Assembly (NCBI RefSeq): GCF_021869535.1
Contig: NW_026262626.1
Coordinates: 25,668,001-25,732,000, forward strand
Origin: Mytilus californianus
Lineage: Eukaryota
Reading direction: 5' to 3'
Length of the DNA: 64,000 bases
Under the pieces are notes generated by a model that saw nothing but the letters and a program-made list of their open reading frames with translations, did not search any database and was not told the DNA's origin. Both the position numbers and the translations under genes were made by a program. Positions 38,471-49,712 of this stretch are shown piece after piece; the first letter of the stretch is position 1; each line of letters starts with the position of its first letter.

Positions 38471-40570
38471 TATTGCAACGTTTGACACCCCCATAGGTAT
38501 GCGTAGGAACAATTGTGTTCTACTTTCTTGTATGTTCTTCCAGATCGGGCCCGAAATAGTGGTTCTATACCTATAAAGTCATATGTACAGGCTACCGAGA
38601 AATTGATTGAGCGAAATATTTACTTATAATGAACTGATGTACTGTTTTAAAGCAGATTAATAGAGTGTCTGTGCCGAAACTCACAGAACCCATTTTTTCC
38701 GGTCTTGAATCTTTAAAGTACTAGAGCAGTCATCTTATCTTCGATTTGTCCGAAGTTTTATTATTCCCTTTCGATACAGTATGATAGATTTTGGATTCGC
38801 ATTTATAGTTCATGTGAAGCAATAGACGCTTGACCTATCGACGCGCCCGGTACTGCACTGCTCGGTGGTCATAAGATTCCATATGTTTGAAATCTTGATT
38901 TGTATATTAAAAATGGATTCACGAGTTTTGAATATCGGTATACTACTGTTCCTTCTTACTTGTAACTGTAATGTGTGCGTTTTGCTAAATACATGTTAAG
39001 TAATACTTCTCAGTTACTAGATACATTTGCAATTGTACATATTTTATTAGTAGCCAGTAATCTGAATCACGTGTCTAGGTAGATTAGGTTGTAATTTGTC
39101 ACCAGCAGTCGTATTTAATTTTTTCACAGATTTTGTCACTCTTTTGTTTAAACTCTTAGAAGACAAGATTATTTGTAATTTTTCATCTGATTTTGTTTGC
39201 AGTCACATTTAGGTAAACATGGTTCTTTTGGATCGGAATGACCTTTCAGTATCTGCGAGTAGTCAGTGAGTTGTACTTAAAGATTTTGTCATGTTTGTAA
39301 GTTATTTTTCTGCTTATTACAAAGATGATGAGCCAAGCTCTTTTCAACTGAAATTTCAGTTCGTTTAAAAAGTTGTGTGCTGCGAGACCAGAACCACAGG
39401 TTAAGGGAGGGTTCAGTGCTCATGATCATAATCACGTTTCACCATGCCACATTCATGTTCTTTGTGTGAATGTCAGTTTAAAGGAGCTTCTTGTCCGGTG
39501 GTTGTCGTTAGTTGCCTTCTACAAAAAATTCTCGTGCAATATTATCCGCTCAAATCAGACTGTTGTTTCTATCATTCGTTATCCTGGTTCTATTAATGAA
39601 TAACTATACGGTATAATTTTTCTTTTTCTTCAAGGACTTACGGTGACCTATAGTTTTCTACATCCTTATTGATTTTTCAAATAAACATCTTTAAATCAAT
39701 TACAAATCATGATGTTACTTGATATGTATACTTTAAAGTTATTGAGATTTCTTTACAAGTATAACATGCAAAAAGAGAGAATTTAAGTATTTGAAAATGT
39801 TTTTAAGATAAGCAATATTCCACTACTTAAGGTTCTCAACTAACCACTTTAATCAAGTATCTTATCTTGAAGTTGAGGATAATGTAGATAGAAACAAATT
39901 TACAGAATGGTACAAACATCCTGGTTTCTTATGTACTTATTAAATTAGTGCAGGGTCATCTTGAAATAACATTGGACCTCTGAAGGTCGGATTAATATGC
40001 ACAAATTGCACTTTTCACAATTCATTTATTGTTAACTTTGTTCTGGCTTTCAAAGCAGAAATTCAAAAACCGTAAAATGATATAAACTAGAGGCTCAAAG
40101 GATCCTGAAATATAAAACAAAATAAAAGCATTTTGGATTGTAATTTATGATTTTGTTGCTTCCATTTACAGTAAACTCATCATAGATACCAATATTAAAA
40201 GTGTGTACGCCAGACATGCGTATTTTTAATTAAAGACTCACCAATGACGCTCGAATCAAAAAAGTAAAAAATGTCAAGTAAAGTACGAATTTGAAGAGTA
40301 TAGAGGACTTCTGCTATAGGTCCCCGGGCGTATCACCAGTCCATATCACCAGCCCAGTGGCTGTTTTTTTTTTGTCCTGGCACGAATACAGGGATACTTA
40401 AGCTTGCTGTTATGAAATTTTGTAAAATATTATGAATTAAGGAATGAACATTCCTCGTGTATAGCTCTGATTCCCGTCTCTGGAATTATTATACTTTTGT
40501 TAATGGTTTTTTTTTTTTGCTTCAAATGCTCTTCAGCGTTTCTATCAGGATTTGAATTTTTAAATATCTT

Positions 40571-40620
40571 TGACTCAAGCATTACGCAAGAGACATTATT
40601 TGTCGAAACGCGCATCTAGT
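40571..40620 (+). pseudogene. Degenerate hammerhead ribozyme relic in a retrozyme/PLE-type short repeat
   Basis: Stem II GACA(TTATT)TGTC, GAAA and palindromic CGCG are intact, but the 5' core reads CGCAAGA instead of CTGANGA. Confidence 0.5.
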
Positions 40621-41651
40621 ACAGCAAAATTGGTATCGTTAATGTTATTTTGATCCCTGTTTTTCCTTTAAAAAAAGCAGTGTTTCAACACGGAACATAA
40701 TCTCACAACTCACTGCATATATCATATTTGTGTTTAGGTTATTGTTTTGTACATAAATCAGATGGTTGGTTTTTCTTGTTTGAATTGTTTATATTTTGTC
40801 TTGTACATTTTCCTCGTGATTAAAGGCTGCACTGCTGACATCTACGTCGTTTGGTCTCTGGTTGGTAATTGTTTCTAGGTAACCATATCCATCTTCGTAT
40901 CGTGTGAATAATTCGGATGAACTGCATACATGTAACTATTTCCATAAATATAGGAATGAAAAGTAGTACACTCAGAAGTTATATCAGTAATTGCAGCAAA
41001 TGTACTATGTTGTTCAGAAATCTGTAAACAACTTGCTTACTTTTAAACTATCGTATTTCTAAACTCTCTAGAAGTGAACATGTTTGGAAACTTCACTTCA
41101 CTGCAATGATCAGCGAATGCATTTTTCAACTTTTTTCTTTGGTGGCGGAATCTATATAGATATTAAAACAAAACATTTTCCTATGGAATAATACCGGATA
41201 AAAAGTTCGCTCATTTTTATTTTTTATTTTTTTTTACCATGATTTGTATTTTCTAAATGAATTTGTGAGAAATGGACATCAGGAAACTACTGATAACTCA
41301 AATTGATAAAAATTACAATCCATTCTATAAATAACAAAATTATAGATAAGAAGAGCAGATGCATATGGTAGATTAAAAAAATATTGTTTCTCGTAAAAGA
41401 TCTGAACAAACGACAAATTATACAAAAAAAAGTAAAATTACAAAAATACCGAACTCCGAGTAAAATTCAAAACGGCAAGTCCCTAATCAAATAGCTAAAT
41501 CTTAATGAGTACACTGGTATTGAAATAATGTCCGTTTTACTGAACTTCCTCATTGTAAACGTCGAATTCCCTCCCAAAGTTGAACAATTTACCATAAATG
41601 GTTTCTAAAATCATATTGGCACTTGTATTTGAAGTGGTTTTTCCCCTGGTG

Positions 41652-41714
41652 TATATATAAAGATAAGTTTTTCAAAGACGCTTCAAAAACCGACACATCA
41701 TATATGAGTTGAAG
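41652..41714 (+). promoter_or_regulatory. Candidate TATA box and non-coding first exon of gene B
   Basis: TATATATAAA at 41652-41661, followed by a strong donor GAAG|GTAAGT at 41715; acceptor ttttag| at 42979 precedes the signal-peptide exon. Confidence 0.5.
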
Positions 41715-42039
41715 GTAAGTGCATGAATATGAATTATATACATATATACATATTTGTGTGTATTGTTTGGTTTTATTTTTATGTATTTGGTCGTGGTTGC
41801 TTTATTTGTTTATTTTTTCCTGTTTTTTGCAGTTTTTGTTTGTTTTTGTAATAATTACAGCACATTAAGTTCGTCGACTGTTTTCGCAACCTTACAACTT
41901 TTGATCAGTTTTTACTTAATTTCTTATAATTGTTTTTAGTAAAGACAGTCACAAACCAATGAAGAGAAAGGGAAATATGACCCGAACGATAACGTTGTAT
42001 GGAGTTTGTAGGGACCAATAAGTCAAAGTTAAAGCTCAT

Positions 42040-42480
42040 GCATTTAAAGCTCTTGTCTGACAAAAATTAAAGTACTGCTCAACCATTTGGGATCCACATA
42101 AAAAACAGCAAATTTCACAAATTGAAAAAGTTCAGTGAAGAGCAGCCCGCTTCACATGCAACCGCTCCAATAACACCAGCTCAGTTACTGAAATGATGAC
42201 AGACTTAATTTGGTACCCACTTGAAATTAGGCGTTTAAGATACAGAATTGTTTTCTTCTACAAAATTATACACGAAATTGGTGCAGTCCCTACATTTAAC
42301 CTTTTCATCCTACTAGACAATAGAACCAGACATAGCAATCCACGTTCATTTAAGCAAATACAAACATCTAAAGACAGTTAAAAATATTCTTTTTATCCAC
42401 GTACAGTTATAGATTGGAATAATTTGCAACAACAAATAGTTTCATGCAGTACAGTACAGGGATTCAAGAGTATGATCTCA
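42040..42480 (+). mobile_element. 5'-truncated LINE 3' end (CR1/L2-group ORF2 C-terminus)
   Basis: IEKVQ*RAARF...SVTEMMTDLIWYPLEIRRLRYRIVFFYKII...YSFYPRTVIDWNNL, with stops. Confidence 0.8.
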
Positions 42481-43009
42481 GAATCTGCTCTAATCCCTAT
42501 TTTCTACCTGTTATCAAATGTATATAGTTTTATCTAAATGTAACTTTTCAAATGTACATACACTATTTTGATTTGTGATTTGTCATTTTGTTTCTATTTT
42601 TTTCTGCTTACCTTGTAAATTATATATAAATTTTACAGTCAATCTTCAATAAATGAAGGATAGATAGAAACTTAAAGAAGTTTTTTTTTGGCTCAAGACA
42701 ACTTAAGGGGGTGGGGATAATATCATGTTTAGAGCAAACAAACGATGGTGGCGAAGTAATTTGTTAGGTTGAATAAATATGTCGTTAAGTTTTACAATCG
42801 AAGAAAATTTTTTTTTCCAGTTTTGTTATCCTTTCGATCGAGGTCTCACGTCCAACTATTATATTTAAAGCATCGCTCTCAATCAATACATGCAAATGCC
42901 TAATTCTTATACACCGTTTTGTTTGATATTTATTAACTATAATACAAAACAAGTTAAATTAGATTATTTTGATTTTTAGAAACAAGCAGTTCAAACAAAG
43001 CAAAAAGTT

Positions 43010-43078
43010 ATGTGGTGCACGTTCCTTTTAATTTTACTTGTGATGGTTTGTAAAACTGATGCCTGTGGAAGAAGCGGC
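43010..43078 (+). CDS. Secreted permuted papain-like protein B, coding exon 1 (signal peptide)
   Basis: MWCTFLLILLVMVCKTDA-CGRSG|GTATGT, phase 0; parallels gene A exon 1; not in the ORF track. Confidence 0.75.
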
Positions 43079-44729
43079 GTATGTATATTTTAATGTATGA
43101 CACAATTGACTTATAAAATAAAATTGAGAATGGAAATGGGGAATGTGTCAAAGAGACAACAACCCGACCATAGAGCAGACAACAGCCGAATGCCACCAAT
43201 CGGTCTTCAATGCAGCGAGAAACTCCCGCACCCGGATAGTCTACTATCACACCTTATAACCAGCAATCAGTACGACAAATGCAATCGGTAACACAGATCT
43301 TCAAGGGACTGTTTTTCGGCATGGCAGATAGATAAATATATTCGCATTTTCTACTGTTTGCAAAGGCTTTATTGTAAGACTTTTTTATTTCACGTTTTGG
43401 CCATGTAATAGGTCACGTTACTGTCAAAAATTAAATGGAACTTCACTTATTTACAAAAATATCAATAAATCAAGTCGTGTTTTCAAGGTGTTTTCCATAA
43501 AAATTGTCAATACTTACAAATTTCTTAAAAACTACAATGTGCAAGGTATAGTGAAATATATGTAGAACCAGTATGACCTTCTTGTGAAGGAAAACCCCTT
43601 TATTTTATTTAACTACTGTATTATAAACGATTGCATTGTTCAATCAACTTTTTTAGGCTTTTGTGTACAGCTGTCGGAGACAAATTTCCAAACGTGTTTG
43701 CATATAAAGATACGCAATTGTGGTACCATTGCATATTCTGGAAAAAAAAAACTTTTGTGTAGCAGCACTATAAACTTCTATTGAAAATGTCCATAAGTTA
43801 GGAAAGCTACAGATTGATTAAGCATTTTTAAATTGATTAATGACAAGCGTATGGTGGAGGATTCGCGGTTATCGGAAGATTTTTTTAGTCTCAAAACAAC
43901 AGCAATAAATAATAATGAATATTAGCATCTATTTTTTTACCATTGCCATCTGTCGTCATTGCTTGACGGATCTGATATACATGATAGCCACAACATGATG
44001 ATTGACCAAATTCAATTAATCAAATAAAAGAAATTCTTCTTTTTGGGAAGGAGGTCGTACACGCCCTAACTTTAATTTCTTATATTTATATTGCGATTTG
44101 CTAGTTGAATTCTAAAAGAAATTTGCCATTATTAATGGCAGTTCTTGAAAACGAGAGAACGTTCAACTTGATGCATTGCTATTTTTGTAAGTAAAAAGTG
44201 GGTTCCTTTCTCCCTATATGAAAAACAACACGACCTCTTATATTAGCAATAAGTAAAACATAACATATTACCATAGAAGTGCTGTAAACACAAGACAATT
44301 GGAATATAGCTGACAAAGTAGTATTTAAATTCCAGGATTTAGGTTGCTCTTTTTTGTACCAAGGACAATGTGTCTGACACTGTGATTGGACAAAAAATAC
44401 AGTATTTACTGAACACAATTTCTCAAGCTGAGGGATGAATCAAGACAAATATGTAATAATTTTACATGCAGGTGAAAATGAATTTTTGAGGTCTTTTTTA
44501 AGTTTTGTATTCACTGCATGATAAAAGACCTAAACATGCCAAAGGCACTATTGGCCTTGGGTTTATTAAGATAGCAGAAAAAGTAAACGGTCAAAAAATG
44601 TCCAAAACATTTCAATTTATCTTTAATTGTGAACTTACTGAAGCAGAAAATATATCTCATCATATTAATCAGAGGTGACGCCCCCATCTACAACAAAAAA
44701 AATTAAACAACAAATAGAAATTAAGTGTG

Positions 44730-44900
44730 AATAAAAGAGGGACGAAAGATACCAGAGGGACAGTCAAACTCATAGATCGAAAACAAACTGACAATGCCAT
44801 GGCCAAAAATAAAAAGACAAACAGACAAATAATAGTACAGATGATACAACATAGAAAACTAAAGACTAAGCAACACGAACCCCACCAAAAACTGGGGGTG
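44730..44900 (+). mobile_element. Dispersed repeat; reverse copies at ~29210-29370 and ~60330-60555, diverged copy inside each 1.87-kb unit
   Basis: Shared gacgaaagatacca.agggaca..caaactc...caacacgaacccca block. Confidence 0.65.
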
Positions 44901-45090
44901 AAGTGAAGATAATCAAATACTGACAGTGCACCCTTGTAATCTTATTCGTTAAGACGAAAAAAGATTTAATTCTTGATATTCTTGTGGTTTGGAACAAAAC
45001 TCAAATTTATAATTTTACAGATTCAACTGTAACCGGAGAGCATGTTACTACAAAATACTAAGAGCCGGTTTGTTTCTGGCATCCGGTGTA

Positions 45091-48000
45091 GGTGTCAGAC
45101 CACCAATTCACTCCCTTCAATTTAGAACGTATGTAAAAGAAGTCCTACTCTGACACAAAATAGTGCTTTTGATGTCATTGTTTACTTAACTAACCAACAA
45201 ATTTGCAGAAATGAAACTTTTGGTGAAAGAGAAACATATTTAAACCATTTTGTGTCAAAAATTACTTGTTTATGAGTTTGCATTAAAATTGAGGATTGAT
45301 GCGCTCAATAGTAAACTAATTTAAGATTTCCAGAATACCAGGGATTATTTTTAGTAGTGCTTGTCTTCCGAAAGGCAGTTCTTTCTTAGAAGACTTTAAA
45401 CATGGGTTGAAAATTGGCACGTAGAAAGGTGATACATTTACAATTCAGAACATACCTGGTTTTTATGAAGTTAAACTTTAGGTAAAATATTAAGAAAGCT
45501 GTGAAAATTGCAAAATTTGGTTGAATAGACAGGATTTTGAAATAATGGTCTGACACCCTTAAAGAGAAAAGCGGTGAACCCAAAAAATCAGAGAACAATT
45601 GATTTTTTTTTTGTCTTAACTGATCATTTGAAATGCAAGTAGCTACATTTCAACCTTTTTGTTGTCAAAAAATCACATACTGCAAAATTAGAGCCTTAAA
45701 CCTGAATCTGTGCTATTTTAAGCTTTTCCCATCCTGACAATATGTATTCATATAAAAAATGTCCTAAATTGTCATGAATGCACAGTAAGTTGTTTCTGTG
45801 GTATTAAACATTAAACATATGTTGTTTACAACCAAAAAAATTTTGTCGGCATGAAGATCTTATGAATTTATTTGATTTTTACCCGTTAAATCATTGCGTC
45901 ATTCCAGGTATTTGACAGATAGAATAACCTAATGTAAACACTGCATGAACTCATCACAATCCAATTGATTGTCTCAAATGAATGGTTTCTACCTTAAATT
46001 TTATTGACTGATAGTAAATAAAAATTGTTTCATGACCATAACTGCATTATTGTCAATTAACCGTCCATTACTGACACCTGGTAAAAAAAGACAGATCAAA
46101 ATTCCTTGACACTTCCAATACCTTTGATTTTCTACTAAACTCATTGTAACAGTTGTGGGAAGTCTTTAAAGCTGTAGCACAAACAAGGAAAAATCAACCA
46201 AAATTGAGCTTGATATTGAAAATTTATGTTCCTGTAGTCTGAAATTAAATTTTCAAGTATTTTCTATTAAAGTCATACATTACAGTCAGTTTAAATTGAG
46301 CTGTGGATTTTGCAATATAAGTCGTATTATGCTCAGATAGGATTTTATTTGACTACAAATTGACCAAGGATTAAGAATAAAGCAAAACAAAAAAATTCTG
46401 ATAAACTTTTATGTCTCTTTAGGCGTCAGAACACCAATTCACTCCCTCCAATTTAGAACGTATGTAAAAGTAGCCCTACTCTGACACAAAATAGTGCTTT
46501 TCATGTCATTGTTAACTAAACTAACCAACAAATTTTCAGAAAAGAAACTTTTGGGGAAAGAGAAATATATTTAGACCATTTTGAGCAAAATTTCCTTGTC
46601 TATGAGTTTGCATTAACAATTGAGGATTAATGCGCTCCATAGTATACCAATTTAAGATTTCCTGAAAACCAGGGATTATTTTTAGTAGTACTTGTCTTCC
46701 GAAAGGCAGTTCTTTCTTAGAAGACTTATACATGGGTTGAAAATTGGCATGCAGAAAAGTGATACATGTAAAATTTAGGATATAACTGGTTTTTATGAAG
46801 TTAAACTTAAGGTAAAATATTACGAAAGCTGTGAAAATTGCATAATTTGGTTGAATAGATGGGATTTTGAATTGGTGGTCTGGCACCTTTAAAGTGAAAA
46901 GCGATGAACCAAAAAATCAGAAAACAATTGATTTTTTGTCTTAACTGATCATTTGAAATGCAAGTAGCCAAATTTCAACCTTTTTTTGGCAAAAAAGTCA
47001 CATATTGCAAAATTAGAACCTTAAACCTAAATATGTGCTATTTTGAGCTTTTCCCATCCTTACAATATGCATTCATATAAAAAAATGTCCTAAATTGTTA
47101 TGAATGCACAGTAAGTTCTTTCTGTGGTATTTAAAAACATTAAAACATAGGTTGTTTACTACCAAAAAAAATTGTCGGCATGAAGATTTTATAAAAATTA
47201 TTTGATTTTTACCCGTTATATCATTGCGTCATTCCAGGTATTTGGCAGATAGAATAGCCTAATGTAAACACTGCATGAACTCATCATAATCCCATTAATT
47301 GTCTCAAATGAACGTTTTCCACCTTAAATTTTATTGTATGATAGTAAATAAAAATTGTTTCATGACCATAACTGAACTATTGATCAATCAATAGTCCATT
47401 ACTGACACTTGGTGAAAAAAAGGGGGGGCAATATTCCTTGACACTACCTTTGATTTGCAACTAAACTCATTGTGAAAGTTGTGGAAAGTCTTTAAAGCTG
47501 TAGCACAAACAAGGAAAAATCCACCAAAATTGATCCTGATATTGAAAATTTATATTCCTGAAGTCTGAAATTAAATTTCAAGTATTTTCTATCAAAGTCA
47601 TACATTACAGTCAGTTTAAATTGAGCTGTGAATTTTGCAATATAAGTCGTATTATGATCAGATAGGATTTTATTTTACTACAAATTGACCGAGGATTAAG
47701 AATAAAGCAAAAAAAAGATTTCTGATAACTTTTATGTCTCTTTAGGCGTCAGACCACCAATTCACTCCCTTCAATTTAGAACGTATGTAAATGTAGCCCT
47801 ACTCTGACACAAAATAGTGCTTTTGATGTCATTGTTTACTTAAACTAACCAACAAACTTGCAGAAATGAAACTTTTGGAGAAAGAGAAATATATTTAGAC
47901 CATTTTGAGCCAAAATGTACTTGTCTGTGAGTTTTCATTAAAAATTGAGGATTAATGCGCTCCATAGTATACTTATTTAAGATTTCCAGAAAACCAGGGG

Positions 48001-48222
48001 TTATTTTTAGTAGTACTTGTCTTCCGAAAGGCAGTTTTTTCTAAGAAGTCTTCGAACACGGGTTGAAAATTGGCATGTAGATAGGTGATATATGTATAAT
48101 TTAGGATATACATGTACCTGGTTTCTATGAAGTTAAACTTAAGGTAAAACAAAAAGAAAGTTGTGAAAATTGCAAAATTTGGTTGAATAGATATAGGGAT
48201 TTTGAATTGGTGGTCTGACACC
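45091..48222. mobile_element. Composite element: three ~470-bp MITEs separated by two homologous ~860-bp spacers
   Basis: TIR GGTGTCAGACCACCAATTCA; MITEs at 45091-45557, 46422-46887 and 47745-48222; outer TSD TGTA (45087-45090, 48223-48226); inner flanks TTTA/CTTA. Confidence 0.88.
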
Positions 48223-49363
48223 TGTATACCCGATGCACCCGGAGCAACAGGTTTTTCGTTTAAATTCATATATACTTTTAATTGGAAATTATAGAGTGAG
48301 GCTAGAGATACGAAAGGGACAATCACAATAAATAAGTCGAAGAGAAACGACAAAAAGACTAACGACAGTCTACAAAACGGTATAGGAAACTAAAGTGATC
48401 TCAGGTGTATCGGAACGGTAAACAGATCCTGTTCCATCTGGGGCACAAGTCATGTTATTCATGGTTGGCGAAAAAAGTTGAGCAGTGAAATTGTGTGATT
48501 TCATAATCGAGAAAAATAGGATGTGTTTGTGGCTACGATAATTGGAACATATTACTTACATATGCTAACATTTCATTTCAGGGGTCATCAAGCTCAAGGT
48601 CAGGATCGGTAGGTAGTACAATATATCATAAGTTTTGACAATAAAAACTCAAATTTATAATTAACCGATTTAACAGCATGTTACTAAAATATCATAAGAG
48701 CTGGTTCTTTTCTGGCATCCGGTGTATACCCGATGCATCCGGAGCAACAGGTTTTTCGTTTGTTTCAAAAAAAAAAATAACACCGGATTATAGGGGAATG
48801 CACCGTTTTAATTTGACCGACGATTCGTTTCCAAGATAGCGGAAAAGTTGTACGTGTGGTTAAATATGACTGAGAAAACTAAAATTTTCTGATTTTTGGG
48901 ATACGGGATTTTAATATTTTGATAAAAAAGCTCATAAATGACATATATATCAAAGACCTACAATTTTAACACACACAATCATTTTCACAGAATCAGTACT
49001 GCGATTATATGTAACGAAATAAAATCCACATAAAACTAGCTAGCCGGCTACATGAAATAAATATGAATGGGTTTTACCTTTTTAATCTGCAATAGAAATG
49101 AATAGGTTGGGTATACATGTACTTTCGGGGTAACACCCCCACCCCTGGTTTGCATATACATATAGAAAATATGTTATACTTATGTAACTCGAGGTACTAT
49201 ATTTCTTTAAAAAAAAACGGCAAATCCACTGAAACACAAGTTGCCGCACAAATAGCGCTACAATCGGTCGGTTCGTTCTTTTTACAGTTGATCCGGTGTA
49301 GATCGACCACGTGGTCGGTTTACACCGAATAGGTAAAAAAACGGACCTACCCTTTGTTTCTAC

Positions 49364-49420
49364 GGGACTCGAATTTCCGGGACCTCTGCAATACAAGGCA
49401 GCGCCCTAACCGACTGAGTT
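49364..49420 (-). pseudogene. tRNA-like (SINE-head) module A in array unit; copies at ~51241-51295 and truncated at ~53120-53143
   Basis: Minus strand AACTCAGTCGGTTAGGGCG-CTGC-CTTGTAT-TGCAG-AGGTCCCGGAAATTCGAGTCCCG has A-box, Thr(TGT)-like arm and B-box, but no acceptor stem. Confidence 0.6.
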
Positions 49421-49644
49421 TAAAAAGTACTTCCTTAGCTCAACCGCTTACGACCTGTTAAGTATTTACCACTGAAGGGAGGCAATTCTTTCACACGTCC
49501 ACCAACTCAAGAGTCTTCATAGTCATACCTTTGTAACTCTAACAACACATACCCTGGCTAGAAATCCTCTCTATCAACCATGGGTGTTCAAGTTGGGCGT
49601 CAAATGTAACTGGAGAGCATGATTTTTATTGGAGAATCACATTG

Positions 49645-49712
49645 TGTCGACCGGGACTCGAATCCGGCAGGGACATCTGTGTTTCAAGTCAGCGCTTTAG
49701 GCGAATGAGCTA
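49645..49712 (-). pseudogene. tRNA-like (SINE-head) module B; copies at ~51524-51590 and ~53375-53443
   Basis: Minus strand TAGCTCATTCGCCTAAAGCG-CTGACTTGAAACACAG-ATGTCCCTGCCGGATTCGAGTCCCGG has A-box and B-box; acceptor stem absent. Confidence 0.6.

Noticed and set aside
43915-44000. MNISIYFFTIAICRHC... as the signal-peptide exon of gene B
   Set aside because: It has no splice donor before the stop; 43010-43078 fits better in sequence, phase and donor.
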